Assembly (NCBI GenBank): GCA_014359765.1
Contig: JACIYT010000001.1
Span: forward strand, 263,569 to 327,568
Origin: Roseovarius sp.
GTDB taxonomy: Bacteria > Pseudomonadota > Alphaproteobacteria > Rhodobacterales > Rhodobacteraceae
Reading direction: 5' to 3'
DNA: 64,000 nucleotides
A program made the position numbers and the translations under genes. Positions 30,696 to 40,988 of this stretch are shown piece after piece (positions within the stretch are counted from its first letter, which is position 1; every line of letters starts with the position of its first letter). The notes under the pieces were generated by a model. The model had not been told where the DNA came from. It did no database searches and was given only the letters and a program-made list of their open reading frames with translations.

Positions 30696-33452
30696 TCAGC
30701 CGGTTGCCTCCTCTCCCTCTTCCTCTCCTGCGTCCTCGCCGGATTGTTCGGCGATTCGCGCCACCGAGACGACCACCTCGTCCGCGCCGGTGTTGAACAC
30801 CCGCACACCGCCCGCCGCGCGCGAGCGGAAGGAAATCCCCTCGACCGGCACGCGGATCGACTGGCCGGTGGAGGTGGCGAGCATGATCTGGTCCTCGCGC
30901 GCGACCGGGAAGGAGGCGACCAGCGGGCCGCCGCGCATCGCCTTGTCGATGGCCGTCACGCCCATCCCGCCGCGCCCGCGCACGGGGTAGTCATGGCTGG
31001 ACGAGAGCTTGCCCGTGCCGCGCGCGGTGATGGTGAGGATGAGATCCTGCGCCGCCAGCATCTCCTGATAGCGCGGCTCGGGCAGGGCGGCATCGGCATC
31101 GCCGCCGCCGTCGGGATCGGTCGTCTCCTCCTCGGGATCGGCGCCGAACTCGGCGCGGAACCGCTTGAGAAAGGCCGCGCGCTCGTCCGGCGTGGCCTCG
31201 AAATGGCGGATCACGGACATCGACACCACACGGTCGCCGTTCATCAGCCGGATGCCGCGCACGCCGGTGGACTTGCGCCCCTTGAACACACGCACATCAC
31301 CCACCGAAAAGCGGATCGCGCGGCCGGAATCCGTGACGAGCATGACGTCATCCTCGTCCGAGCAGATCCGCGCATCGACCAGCTCGACGCCTTCGGGCAG
31401 GTCCATGGCGATCTTGCCGTTGCGCTTGACGTTGACGAAATCGCTGAGCGCATTGCGCCGCACATCGCCCGCCGAGGTGGCAAAGACGATGTGCAGGTCG
31501 TCCCATTCCGCCTCGTCGCGGTCCACGGGCAGAAGGGCCGCCACCGACACGCCCGCCGGGATCGGCAGGATGTTCACGATGGCCTTGCCCCTGGAGGTGC
31601 GCCCGCCCTGCGGCAGGCGCCAGGTCTTGAGCTTGTAAACCATGCCATCGGTGGTGAAGACCAGCAGCGGCGTGTGCGTGTTGGCGACAAAGAGCGCGGT
31701 GACCACGTCCTCGTCCTTGGTGGCCATGCCCGAGAGGCCCTTGCCGCCGCGCTTCTGCGCGCGGAAATCGGCGAGCGCGGTGCGCTTGATATAGCCGCCC
31801 TGCGTGATCGTGACGACCATCTCCTCGCGCTCGATGAGGTCTTCGTCTTCCATGTCGCCGGACCAGTCCACGATCTCGGTGCGGCGTGGCACGGCGAAAA
31901 GCTCGCGCACCTCGCGCAGCTCGTCGGCGATGATCGCCATGATCCGCTCGCGCGAGGCGAGGATGGCGAGGTAGTCCTTGATCTTGCCGGCAAGCTCCTG
32001 AAGCTCGTCCGTCACCTCCTTCACGCCCAGTTGCGTGAGGCGTTGCAGGCGCAGATCGAGGATGGCGCGGGCCTGCACCTCGGAGAGGTTATAGGTGCCG
32101 TCCTCGTTGGCGCGGTGGCTGGGATCGTCGATGAGCGCGATATAGGGCAGGATCTCGCCCGCCGGCCAGCGGCGCGTCATCAGCCGCTCGCGCGCCTCGG
32201 CGGCATCAGTCGAGGCGCGGATCGTGGCCACCACCTCATCGACGTTCGAGACCGCGACCGCCAGGCCGCAGAGCACATGGGCGCGTTCGCGCGCGCGGCG
32301 CAGGTCAAAAGCGGTGCGCCGCGCGACCACCTCTTCGCGGAACTGGATGAAGAGCGACAGGAAGCGGTGCAGCGTCAGTTGTTCGGGCTTGCCGCCATTC
32401 AGCGCCAGCATGTTGCAGCCAAAGGAGGTCTGCATCGGCGTGAAGCGGAAAAGCTGGTTGAGCACGACCTCGGCGGTGGCGTCGCGCTTGAGCTCGATGA
32501 CCACGCGCACGCCGTTGCGGTCGCTCTCGTCCTGGACATGGGCGATGCCCTCGATGCGACGCTCGCGCGCGGCCTCCGCGATGCGCTCGATCATCGTGGC
32601 CTTGTTCACCTGATAGGGGATCTCGTCGATGACGATGGCAAAGCGATCCTTGCGCAATTCCTCGACATGGGTGCGGGCGCGGATGATGACGCTGCCGCGC
32701 CCCTCCAGATAGGCCTTGCGCGCGCCCGAGCGGCCCAGCATCAGCCCGCCGGTGGGGAAATCGGGGCCGGGGATGTAGCGGATCAGATCCTCGGTCTCGA
32801 GCTCGGGATCGTCGATCAGCGCGAGCGTGGCATCGACCACCTCGCCCAGATTGTGCGGCGGAATGTTGGTCGCCATGCCGACGGCGATGCCGCCCGCGCC
32901 ATTGACCAGCATGTTGGGGAAACGCGCGGGCAGGACGGTGGGCTCGCGGTCCTTGCCGTCGTAATTGTCCTGGAAATCGACGGTTTCCTTCTCGATATCG
33001 GCCAGGAGATAGGCGGCCGGCCGGGCCATGCGCACCTCGGTATAGCGCATGGCCGCCGCGTTATCGCCGTCCATCGAGCCGAAATTGCCCTGCCCATCCA
33101 GAAGCGGCAGCGACATCGAGAAATCCTGCGCCATGCGCACCAGCGCGTCATAGATCGCGCTGTCGCCATGGGGGTGGTATTTGCCCATCACGTCGCCGAC
33201 GGCACGCGCCGATTTGCGATAGGGCTTGTCATGGGTGTTGCCGCCCTCGTGCATGGCATAGAGGATGCGGCGATGCACGGGCTTGAGCCCGTCGCGCAGG
33301 TCAGGGATCGCGCGGCTCACGATCACGCTCATCGCGTAATCGAGATAGGAGGTCTTCATCTCCTGGGTGATCGAGATGTGAGGCCCGTGATGCGCGGGCG
33401 GCTCGGCGGGGATTCCCCCGGTGATTTCAGGGGGTTGGGGCGTATCGCTCAC
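30696..33452 (-). CDS. gyrA: DNA gyrase subunit A
   Basis: [45 protein letters not shown], GyrA-box QKRGGKG. Confidence 0.97.
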   Translation of the reverse strand: MSDTPQPPEITGGIPAEPPAHHGPHISITQEMKTSYLDYAMSVIVSRAIPDLRDGLKPVHRRILYAMHEGGNTHDKPYRKSARAVGDVMGKYHPHGDSAIYDALVRMAQDFSMSLPLLDGQGNFGSMDGDNAAAMRYTEVRMARPAAYLLADIEKETVDFQDNYDGKDREPTVLPARFPNMLVNGAGGIAVGMATNIPPHNLGEVVDATLALIDDPELETEDLIRYIPGPDFPTGGLMLGRSGARKAYLEGRGSVIIRARTHVEELRKDRFAIVIDEIPYQVNKATMIERIAEAARERRIEGIAHVQDESDRNGVRVVIELKRDATAEVVLNQLFRFTPMQTSFGCNMLALNGGKPEQLTLHRFLSLFIQFREEVVARRTAFDLRRARERAHVLCGLAVAVSNVDEVVATIRASTDAAEARERLMTRRWPAGEILPYIALIDDPSHRANEDGTYNLSEVQARAILDLRLQRLTQLGVKEVTDELQELAGKIKDYLAILASRERIMAIIADELREVRELFAVPRRTEIVDWSGDMEDEDLIEREEMVVTITQGGYIKRTALADFRAQKRGGKGLSGMATKDEDVVTALFVANTHTPLLVFTTDGMVYKLKTWRLPQGGRTSRGKAIVNILPIPAGVSVAALLPVDRDEAEWDDLHIVFATSAGDVRRNALSDFVNVKRNGKIAMDLPEGVELVDARICSDEDDVMLVTDSGRAIRFSVGDVRVFKGRKSTGVRGIRLMNGDRVVSMSVIRHFEATPDERAAFLKRFRAEFGADPEEETTDPDGGGDADAALPEPRYQEMLAAQDLILTITARGTGKLSSSHDYPVRGRGGMGVTAIDKAMRGGPLVASFPVAREDQIMLATSTGQSIRVPVEGISFRSRAAGGVRVFNTGADEVVVSVARIAEQSGEDAGEEEGEEATG

Positions 33453-33474
33453 GTTTTGATGGTCCTGTGATCTG

Positions 33475-33525
33475 CCGCTATATCTTGTTGGGGGGGTTAT
33501 AACAGTTCCATGATATGGGGTGCAA
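33475..33525 (-). promoter_or_regulatory. gyrA promoter overlapped by two NrdR-like boxes
   Basis: TTGCAC(33525-33520)-18nt-TATAAC. Box cores CTATATCTTG (33478) and CATGATATGG (33509) start 31 bp apart. Confidence 0.55.
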
Positions 33526-33643
33526 TGGCGCCGGGCCGGGCGCGGTGGCAGCCTTGGATCGAGAGTGATAACATACTGTTTTCATTGAAAAGTAATTTCT
33601 TCATGGCAAACTCACCTTGTCAGGCAATGACAGGAGCAGAGAC

Positions 33644-33913
33644 ATGGAGACATCAGAGACCGAACTCTTGCTGAAAGGCTATGGGCTGACCACGGCGGAA
33701 TTCTTCTACCGGATGCCCGATTATCGCAACGTGCTCAACAGCTATATCTGGCAGGATTACGATATCGCGCCCGATCACCCGAGGCTCTTCGGCTTTATCG
33801 AATTCTGGCAGCGCGAGATCGAGGGGCCGCTGCATTCGGTGCGCTTTACCCATCGCAAGATGATCGCGCCCGGCGAATGGCGCAACGTGACCGGGGAATT
33901 CACCCTGCATTGA
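33644..33913 (+). CDS. usg: Usg-family protein
   Basis: GYGLTTAEFFYRMPD...WQDYDIAPDHPRL..F..FW..EIEGPLHSV; GGAG SD. Confidence 0.88.
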   Translation: METSETELLLKGYGLTTAEFFYRMPDYRNVLNSYIWQDYDIAPDHPRLFGFIEFWQREIEGPLHSVRFTHRKMIAPGEWRNVTGEFTLH

Positions 33914-34065
33914 GGCGCTGATCGGGGCGGCCACCCGTGTTCCCCGTGCCATGGCGGACGGAATTTCGCGTGCGCGGGGAATGATTTCCCACTTGCCGGT
34001 TGAAATCCGGGGGTGTCCTGCTGTTACTGCGCGGTGCCGCGTGGTTTGAAAAGGTGCCATCGCCG

Positions 34066-35841
34066 ATGACATTCGAGCAGATTTTCGTGTTGCTGCTGCT
34101 GGCGGTGGTCTTTGTCGGCTTCTTCAAGGAGGTCTACCCGCCCGAAGTGACGGCGCTCGGGGCCTCGGCGGCGCTGCTGGCGACGGGGATCATCGAGACG
34201 GGCGATTTCCTGAAGGTGTTCGGCTCTTCGGCGCCCATCACCATCGCCATGATGTTCATCATCTCGGCGGCGCTCGAGCGCACCGGCGTGCTCGAGATGA
34301 TCGGCGGTTTCCTGCGGGCGCAGGCGCGCGGATCGTTCCTGCGCACGATCCTCTTCATGATGCTGGGGGCGATGGGGGCCTCGGCCTTCATGAACAACAC
34401 GCCGGTGGTGATCCTGCTCACGCCGGTGATGATCTCGGTCGCCTCCTCGATCGGGGTCTCCTCGTCCAAGCTGCTCATTCCGCTGAGTTTTTCCGCCATT
34501 TTCGGGGGCACGCTGACGCTGGTGGGCACCTCGACCAACATCCTGATGAGCGGGGTGGCGCGCGATGCGGGACAGCCCCCGATCACCATGTTCGAGATGA
34601 CGCTGCCGGGGCTCGTCTTTGCCACGGTGGGGCTGCTCTACATGCTCCTTGCCGGGCGCTACCTGCTGCCCGATCGCGCCTCGCTGGCCAGCGTTCTGGG
34701 GCAGGAGACCAAGCGCAAGTTCCTCGCCCGCCTGCTCATCCCGCACGGATCGAAATATGTCGGCAAGCGGCTCGCGGATCTGCCGTTCAACCGCGCCGGC
34801 GCGCGGATCATCGACGTGGTGCGCGGCGAGGTGTCGATGCGCCGGCACCTCGACGAGCTCACGCTCGAGGCGGGCGACCGGGTGGTGATCAAGACCGACA
34901 CGGGCGAGATCCTCGGCCTCAAGGAAAACGGCGAGATCGAGTTTCGCGGCATGGATGACAGCGGCTTCGAGCCGGTGACGGCCGATCGCACGATCACCAT
35001 GGAGGCCAGTGTCGGGCCCAATTCGCACCTGCGCGGGCGGGCGATCAAGGATCTCAAGCTGCGGCGCAAATACGGTGTCTATCTCATGGCCGTGCACCGC
35101 CAGGAGCAGAATATCAGCCAGGACCTGCCCGAGGTGCGGCTGCAATTTGCCGATACGCTGCTGCTCGAAGGGCCGCCCGAGGGCATCCAGCGGCTGATGG
35201 AGGATGGCGGCATCGTCAACCTGAGCGCGCCTTCGGAACAGGCGATGCGCCGCACCAAGGCGCCGATCGCGATTCTCACGATCTTCGCGGTGATGGGCCT
35301 TGCCGCGTTCAACGTCATGCCGATTGCCGGGCTGGCGGTGATTGGCGCGGTGGTGGTGATGATCACCGGCTGCATCGACCCCGAAGAGGCGTTCGACGCG
35401 ATTGACTGGCACATCCTCTTTCTCATCTTCGGGATGCTCGGCGTCAGCCTCGGGATGGAGCAGACCGGCACCGCGCGCCTCATCGTCGAGACGGTGGTGG
35501 GGCTGCTCGACGGGTTCGGCCCGCTGGTGATCCTGGCCGCGGTCTATGTGCTGACGAGCGTGCTGACCGAGATGGTCACCAACAACGCGGTGGCGATCCT
35601 GATCGGCCCCATCGTGATCGGGGTGGCGGTGCAGCTCGGCCTCGATCCGCGCCCCTTCATCATGGCGGTGATGTTCGCGGCCTCGGCGAGCTTTGCCACC
35701 CCGATCGGCTATCAGACCAACACCTTCGTCTACAGCGCGGGCGGCTACAGGTTCCGCGATTTCCTCGTCGTGGGGCTGCCGCTCAACGTGATCTTCGCGG
35801 TGGTGGCGGTGCTGGTGATCCCGATCTTCTTCCCGTTCTGA
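34066..35841 (+). CDS. SLC13/DASS-family permease with TrkA-C (RCK_C) domains
   Basis: SAFMNNTPVV, GGTLTLVGTSTN, TEMVTNNA, FATPIGYQTN; central soluble domains. Confidence 0.9.
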   Translation: MTFEQIFVLLLLAVVFVGFFKEVYPPEVTALGASAALLATGIIETGDFLKVFGSSAPITIAMMFIISAALERTGVLEMIGGFLRAQARGSFLRTILFMMLGAMGASAFMNNTPVVILLTPVMISVASSIGVSSSKLLIPLSFSAIFGGTLTLVGTSTNILMSGVARDAGQPPITMFEMTLPGLVFATVGLLYMLLAGRYLLPDRASLASVLGQETKRKFLARLLIPHGSKYVGKRLADLPFNRAGARIIDVVRGEVSMRRHLDELTLEAGDRVVIKTDTGEILGLKENGEIEFRGMDDSGFEPVTADRTITMEASVGPNSHLRGRAIKDLKLRRKYGVYLMAVHRQEQNISQDLPEVRLQFADTLLLEGPPEGIQRLMEDGGIVNLSAPSEQAMRRTKAPIAILTIFAVMGLAAFNVMPIAGLAVIGAVVVMITGCIDPEEAFDAIDWHILFLIFGMLGVSLGMEQTGTARLIVETVVGLLDGFGPLVILAAVYVLTSVLTEMVTNNAVAILIGPIVIGVAVQLGLDPRPFIMAVMFAASASFATPIGYQTNTFVYSAGGYRFRDFLVVGLPLNVIFAVVAVLVIPIFFPF

Positions 35842-35956
35842 TCGCCGCGTCGTGGCAGGGGAAATCCATGAAGACGCGGTGAGGCTGTCAGTCTGCATTC
35901 AGAACTGACCCGGAATGATCATTTGAAAACGATCCCTGCGCGATGCGAAGATTCCG

Positions 35957-36406
35957 GATTGCGCAACCTGGGGTCTGGAAATCTTGCTGCGAGCGGGTCA
36001 CGTATCCTGGCATTCCCACGTGATGCGGGTTCTTGTGGCCGAGGCCCGTTTTTCGTCTATTTCCAAGAGGATGGCGCTGACAGGGCGCAGGAGGAAATCC
36101 TCGCTGGGGAGACCCTCACCCCGGCCGTTCGGCGCTCTGGCTCCTGCTGGACGGCGCGCACCATCCGGTTCGATCAGCGCGGCCCGGCGTGGTCGTCGGA
36201 GGTGATGAACGCGCCGCCCCGCAGCACGCCAGCATGGCGTATCTTCTCGTGGCGCGCATCGAGGATGAGGTATTTCACCTCGCCAAACCGATTCAACCGC
36301 CCTATCCTGCGCCTGTCCGTTTGCTTCTCTGCGTGGTTGATCAGCAACCCCATGGAATACCACAATGGGCGCAGCGCCCAAGCCTGGAGCGAATTTCGAG
36401 GCCTCA
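35957..36406 (-). mobile_element. Highly decayed IS256-family element (transposase pseudogene with internal deletions)
   Basis: Fragments YLILDARHEKIRHAG, FITSDDHAG and (after a frameshift) RAVQQE..RRTA.VRV.PSED.LLR.VSAILLEIDEK...WECQD-stop. Degenerate IR 35969-35982/36393-36406 (11/14). Lower GC than flanks. Confidence 0.8.
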
Positions 36407-36446
36407 AGGGACAGGGCGACATGGCACATGGGGCGCGCGCGCGCCG

Positions 36447-36622
36447 GATCTGGCCCATATCGACGCGGCGGCGCGCGCCCATCACCTCGCGGTCGTGGTC
36501 GCGCTTGCGCTTGTGCCGGGCACGTCCTGCGCCAGCCGGCCCCGCCTCCCGGCCGGCCCGATCCGTCGGCAACATGCCGGCAAGAGGCGCAATCGGAGTT
36601 TCACATGGGGTATTTCGCATGA
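36447..36622 (+). pseudogene. Collapsed remnant of the 'ferredoxin'-annotated gene that precedes sixA in Rhodobacteraceae
   Basis: DLAHIDAAARAHHLAV in one frame and QSEFHMGYFA-stop in another, with ATGA overlap onto sixA. Resembles the N- and C-termini of that family as recalled, not searched. Confidence 0.4.
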
Positions 36623-37116
36623 AGCGCCTGATCCTGATGCGCCACGCCAAATCCGACTGGGGCGATCCCTCGCTCCCCGATCATGCCCGCCCTCTCAACA
36701 AGCGCGGGCGGCGGTCGGCAAGGGCGCTGGGCGACTGGCTGCGGGCCGAGGGGCTGATGCCTGGGGAAATCCTCTGCTCGACGGCCTCCCGCGCGCAGGA
36801 GACCTGCGCGCGGCTCGGCCTGCCGCTCGCGCCGCGCCTGATTGCCAGCCTCTACATGGCCGAACCCGAGGACATGCTGGCGGCTTTGCGCATGGCAGAG
36901 GCCGAAACGGTGCTGATGATCGGCCACAATCCCGGCATCGCGGAATTCGCCGCGCGCCTTCTGGTCGAACCGCCCGCGCATCCGCGCTTTGACGACTTTC
37001 CGACCGGGGCGACGCTGGTGGCGGGTTTTCCCCTCGCGGACTGGGGCGGGCTCGGCTGGCATGAGGGGCGGGCCCTGCGCTTTGTCATCCCGCGTGAATT
37101 GCTGGCCGGGGGATGA
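36619..37116 (+). CDS. sixA: SixA-like histidine phosphatase
   Basis: LILMRHAKS (RHG-type motif), CSTASRAQET, MIGHNPG. Confidence 0.88.
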   Translation: MKRLILMRHAKSDWGDPSLPDHARPLNKRGRRSARALGDWLRAEGLMPGEILCSTASRAQETCARLGLPLAPRLIASLYMAEPEDMLAALRMAEAETVLMIGHNPGIAEFAARLLVEPPAHPRFDDFPTGATLVAGFPLADWGGLGWHEGRALRFVIPRELLAGG

Positions 37117-37247
37117 GCCGGCACGGCGCCGCTCTGCCCGGGCCGGGGCGGTCGCGCGATTGCCCCGGAGCGACAGAGCGGCTAGGCTCGGGCCATCGTC
37201 GCGCAGTGACGCGGTGAGACGGCAAGGTGACGTAGAAGGAGAAACCC

Positions 37248-38486
37248 ATGTCCCGCTTCACGGCGCTTGTCGGGCTCATCGTTTTCCTGAATGCGCCGGC
37301 GCTGCTGGCCGAGGATGCACGAAGCCGCGTGATCACCGGCGCAATCGACTACCCGCAACGCATCGCCCTGCCGCCCGCGGCCGATTTGCAGGTGGCGGTA
37401 GAAGGGCGATTCGGGGCCATTCTCGGCGAAACGCAGGTCCGCGCGGGCGGCCAGCAGGAGGTGCTGCCCTTTGCGCTCACCATTCCCGCGGGGCTGCGCG
37501 GCGATCTGGCGGCGGTGGTCCGCCTCGATGGTGCGGTGCGCTGGATCGTGCGGGATGTGGTCATCGCGGCGGGCAGCGAGCCGGTCGATCTGGGGGCGAT
37601 TCCGGTTGCGCCGGTGACGCCGCTGGACTTTGTCACCGAGGTGAGCTGCGCGGAGCAGGATGTCACGCTGGGTATCCTCGGCGAGGAGATGGTGCTGCGC
37701 GCAGAGGGGCGGGAGATCGCGCTGCGCGCGGCGGTCGCGGCATCGGGCGCGCGCTACACGGCAGTGGCCGAACCCGAAACCGAAGTCTGGTCCAGGGGCG
37801 ATGCCTTCACGATCCGGCTCGCGGGGCAGGATCTGACGGCCTGCCATGCGGTTTCCCCGCCCGAGCGCCGCCCCTACCGGGCGCGCGGGATCGAGCCGGG
37901 CTGGCATGTCGATCTGGGCGAGGAGCGCGCCGAGATCGTCGCCGATTACGGCGAGCTGCGCCGTGAGGCGGCGCGCCCGCAGGTCGGGGTGGTGCCCGGC
38001 GCCTATGTCTTCGACATGCCCGAGGCCGAGGCGAGCCTGCGCATCACCGAGACGCTCTGCCGTGATGCCGCCACCGGGATGCCGCATCCCGACAAGGCGG
38101 TGCTCACCCTCGGGGAGCGCGTGCTCGACGGTTGCGGCGGCGATCCGCGTGACCTTCTGACCGGGGCGACCTGGCAGGTCACCGCGATCGGCGGGGAGGC
38201 GCCCGAGGCGGCCGAGCGTGTCTCCATCACCTTCCTCGCGCCCGCGCGCGTGGCCGGCAGCACCGGCTGCAATCGCTTCGTGGGCGGGTTCACGCTGACC
38301 GGGGAGGGGCTTCAGTTCGGGGCGCTCGGCTCGACGCTGATGGCCTGTCCCGAAACGCTGATGGCGCAGGAACGCGCGATGCTCGACGCGCTCGAACAGG
38401 TGCGGCGATTCGATGTCGCCGGGGATGGCGCGCTGCGGCTGATCGGCGGGGCCGGGGATGAGGTTCTGATCGAGGCCATGCGCTGA
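37248..38486 (+). CDS. Secreted multidomain YbaY/MliC-like/COG3650/META protein
   Basis: Signal peptide; Y.QRIALPP (YbaY-like), AASGARY..VWSRG (MliC-like), ARGIEPGW, GSTGCNRF..STLMAC (META). Confidence 0.75.
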   Translation: MSRFTALVGLIVFLNAPALLAEDARSRVITGAIDYPQRIALPPAADLQVAVEGRFGAILGETQVRAGGQQEVLPFALTIPAGLRGDLAAVVRLDGAVRWIVRDVVIAAGSEPVDLGAIPVAPVTPLDFVTEVSCAEQDVTLGILGEEMVLRAEGREIALRAAVAASGARYTAVAEPETEVWSRGDAFTIRLAGQDLTACHAVSPPERRPYRARGIEPGWHVDLGEERAEIVADYGELRREAARPQVGVVPGAYVFDMPEAEASLRITETLCRDAATGMPHPDKAVLTLGERVLDGCGGDPRDLLTGATWQVTAIGGEAPEAAERVSITFLAPARVAGSTGCNRFVGGFTLTGEGLQFGALGSTLMACPETLMAQERAMLDALEQVRRFDVAGDGALRLIGGAGDEVLIEAMR

Positions 38487-38496
38487 GGCGCGGGGC

Positions 38497-39237
38497 TCAG
38501 GCGGGGGTCAGTTCGAAATCCGGCAGCCCGTCGAGCGCCTCCCGCAACGCCGCGCCCCATCGTTCGGCGATGTCGCGGTAATATGGATCGTCGAGCTCGA
38601 TCCGGCCTTGTGGCCCGGCCCGCAGACTGTCTGTCTCGTAGAGGTGATAATCGAAGGGCGCGCCGACCGAGAGATTGGCCTTGAGCGTCGAATCGAAGCT
38701 CACCAGAAGAAGTTTCATCGCCGCCGCAAAGCTCATTTCGGGATCGTAGGCCCGCACGAGGATGGGGCGGCCGTATTTCGTCTCGCCGATCTGGAAAAAC
38801 GGCGTGTCCTCGCTTGCCTCGATGAAATTGCCCTCGGGATAGATCAGGAACAGGCGCGGCGCGCCGCCGGCGATCTGCCCACCGAGGATGAGGGTGGCGC
38901 GAAACGCGCTGTCGGCTTCCTGCCCGGCCTCGCGGTGCAGGGCGATCACCTCGCGCAGCGTGTCGGCCACCAGCCGCGCGGCCTGGAACATCGTGGGCAC
39001 GCCGAGCAGCGTCGGCGCACGGTCCTCATGGGCCTTGGTGCGTTCGTCCAGAAGGCTCACCACCGCCTGCGTGGTGGCGAGATTGCCCGAGGACAGCAGC
39101 GTGATCACCCGCTCGCCCGGCGCCTCCCAGACGGTCATCTTCCGGAACGTCGAAATATTGTCGAGCCCGGCATTGGTCCGGGTGTCGGACATGAACACGA
39201 GCCCCCGCCGGAGCATCATGCCAACGCAATAGGTCAT
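38497..39237 (-). CDS. Anbu proteasome-type protease (Ntn hydrolase)
   Basis: M-TYCVG with Thr1 nucleophile, SDTRTNAG, GNLATTQ, QIGETKYGRP, SFDSTLKANLSVG. Confidence 0.92.
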   Translation of the reverse strand: MTYCVGMMLRRGLVFMSDTRTNAGLDNISTFRKMTVWEAPGERVITLLSSGNLATTQAVVSLLDERTKAHEDRAPTLLGVPTMFQAARLVADTLREVIALHREAGQEADSAFRATLILGGQIAGGAPRLFLIYPEGNFIEASEDTPFFQIGETKYGRPILVRAYDPEMSFAAAMKLLLVSFDSTLKANLSVGAPFDYHLYETDSLRAGPQGRIELDDPYYRDIAERWGAALREALDGLPDFELTPA

Positions 39238-39244
39238 CGGGGCC

Positions 39245-40042
39245 TCACTGCTGCGAAACGTCGATCCGGACCTCGAGAACCTCGGCGGCCCCCCCGATCC
39301 GCATCCCCGATACCGGAGCGGCGTCGCCATAGTCCAGCCCCGTCGCCACGCGCACATAGCGCGTATCGGGGGAAATCCCGTTCGAGACATCAAATCCGAC
39401 CCATCCCAGCCCCTCGACATGCGCCTCGGCCCAGGCGTGCATGGCGTCCTGTGTGCTGCGGTCGTCGAGCATGAGATAACCCGAGACATAGCGCGCCGGG
39501 ATGTCCGCCTGCCGCGCGCAGGCGACAAGGACATGGGCGTGATCCTGACAGACGCCGCGCCCCGCCTCGAGAGCCTCCTCCGCGCCCCAGTCGGGATGCG
39601 AGGCGCCGATCTCGTAGGCCACGGCCTCGCGGATGCGCGCCGAGAGCGCGTGCAGCCGCTCAAGCGTGGTCTCGCCGGGGATGCCCTGCACGATCTCGCG
39701 CACGCGCGGCCCCGGCCGGGTGCGTGCGGTCTGCGTCAGATAGAGCCAGAGCGGCGCAGGCCCGCGATGCCGCCCGACGATGCCGTGATTGTCCTCGAGC
39801 GCCACGCGCCCGCGCGAGGTGACGGTGATTTCGGTGGTGTCGCGTTCGAGGCTCACGAGCTCGACCACGTTGTTGTGGTGGTCCTCGAAGATCAGTTGCC
39901 GGGTGCCGCCGGTGATCTCGGTGCTCCAGTCGCGCACGCTCTGGTGGGGCGTGCTCTTGGGGGTCTTGCGCACCTGTTGCAGCGCAAAGGTGACGGGGGC
40001 GGCAAAGCGGTAGCGCGTGGCGTGGTGGATCTCGAGCTGCAT
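39245..40042 (-). CDS. Transglutaminase-family protein
   Basis: HATRYRF N-terminus; intact triad in GVCQDHAH, HAWAE and GFDVSN. Confidence 0.92.
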   Translation of the reverse strand: MQLEIHHATRYRFAAPVTFALQQVRKTPKSTPHQSVRDWSTEITGGTRQLIFEDHHNNVVELVSLERDTTEITVTSRGRVALEDNHGIVGRHRGPAPLWLYLTQTARTRPGPRVREIVQGIPGETTLERLHALSARIREAVAYEIGASHPDWGAEEALEAGRGVCQDHAHVLVACARQADIPARYVSGYLMLDDRSTQDAMHAWAEAHVEGLGWVGFDVSNGISPDTRYVRVATGLDYGDAAPVSGMRIGGAAEVLEVRIDVSQQ

Positions 40043-40047
40043 CGTTC

Positions 40048-40983
40048 TCACTCATAGAATCGGAAATCGCGTTCGATCTGCACCGCCACATCGCCAAGCG
40101 CCGAAAGGACGCTCTGGATGAACTCGTGCAGCCCGTAATCAAAGACCGCCGCGACATCGTGCGACAGATACTGCGCCCTGAGCGCGCGCACCTTCTGCAA
40201 CGAGTCCGTGCGCCCCTCGGGGTCGAGATAGCGCAGGTTGTCCTCGATCTTGCCGACGCAGAAGGCGAGGCTGCGCGGCATCCGCCGGTCGAGCACGAGG
40301 AAATGCACGATCTCGCGCGGCCCGCCGCTGGCCCCGTATTCCACGCGGAACCCGCCGCGCCCCGAAACCGCGCGCAGGATGCTTTCCCAGTGGACATTGT
40401 CGAGGGTGGAGCCGACCGCGCTGACCGAGGGGAGCAGCACGTAATATTTCACGTCGAGGATCCGCGCGGTGTAATCGGCGCGCTCGAGAAAGGTGCCGAT
40501 GCGCTGGAAATCGAAGGCCTCGGTGCGCATCATCGTGCCCAGGATCATGCCGCGCACCAGCGCGGTGCCCTGCCGCAGCCGTTGCAGCACCTCGGGCAGG
40601 TCGCGATCGGTCACCTTGCGCGCGAGGCTCTCCCTGGCGGTCATGTAGGCGGCGTTGATCGCCTCCCACGCCTCTCCGGTGATCGCCGTGCGCACCAGCC
40701 GGGCATTCTGGCGGGCCGATTCGATGCAGGCGCGGATCGAGGACGGGTTGTCCCGGTCGCGCAGCATCCAGTTGATCGCCGCCTCCTTGGTCAGCTCCTC
40801 ATGCGAGGCCATGAAGGCCGGGTAGCTGCCCGCGGATTGCAGCACCGAGGCCCATTCGCGCGCATCGTCGCCGAGCCGGGTCAGCGCGAGGCGCTGTCCG
40901 GTCTCGATCAGGCGGGTGGTGTTCTCGGCGCGCTCGAGATAGCGCGACATCCAGAACAGGCCATTGGCGGTTTTTCCCAGCAT
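40048..40983 (-). CDS. Alpha-E domain protein
   Basis: LFWMSRYLERAEN and GTFLERAD (ER motifs), ARQNAR. Confidence 0.92.
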   Translation of the reverse strand: MLGKTANGLFWMSRYLERAENTTRLIETGQRLALTRLGDDAREWASVLQSAGSYPAFMASHEELTKEAAINWMLRDRDNPSSIRACIESARQNARLVRTAITGEAWEAINAAYMTARESLARKVTDRDLPEVLQRLRQGTALVRGMILGTMMRTEAFDFQRIGTFLERADYTARILDVKYYVLLPSVSAVGSTLDNVHWESILRAVSGRGGFRVEYGASGGPREIVHFLVLDRRMPRSLAFCVGKIEDNLRYLDPEGRTDSLQKVRALRAQYLSHDVAAVFDYGLHEFIQSVLSALGDVAVQIERDFRFYE

Positions 40984-40988
40984 CGCGC

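Noticed and set aside
31040-31210. Acidic insertion in the GyrA C-terminal domain
   Set aside because: As I recall this is a common alphaproteobacterial feature; no intein motifs are present. The QRDR (S83/D87 equivalents) is wild type.
33950-34035. Cobalamin-riboswitch-like words (GGGAA...GGTTGAAATCC...ACTG) before the SLC13 permease
   Set aside because: Spacing and the B12-box do not fit; better explained as a promoter (TTGAAA -35).
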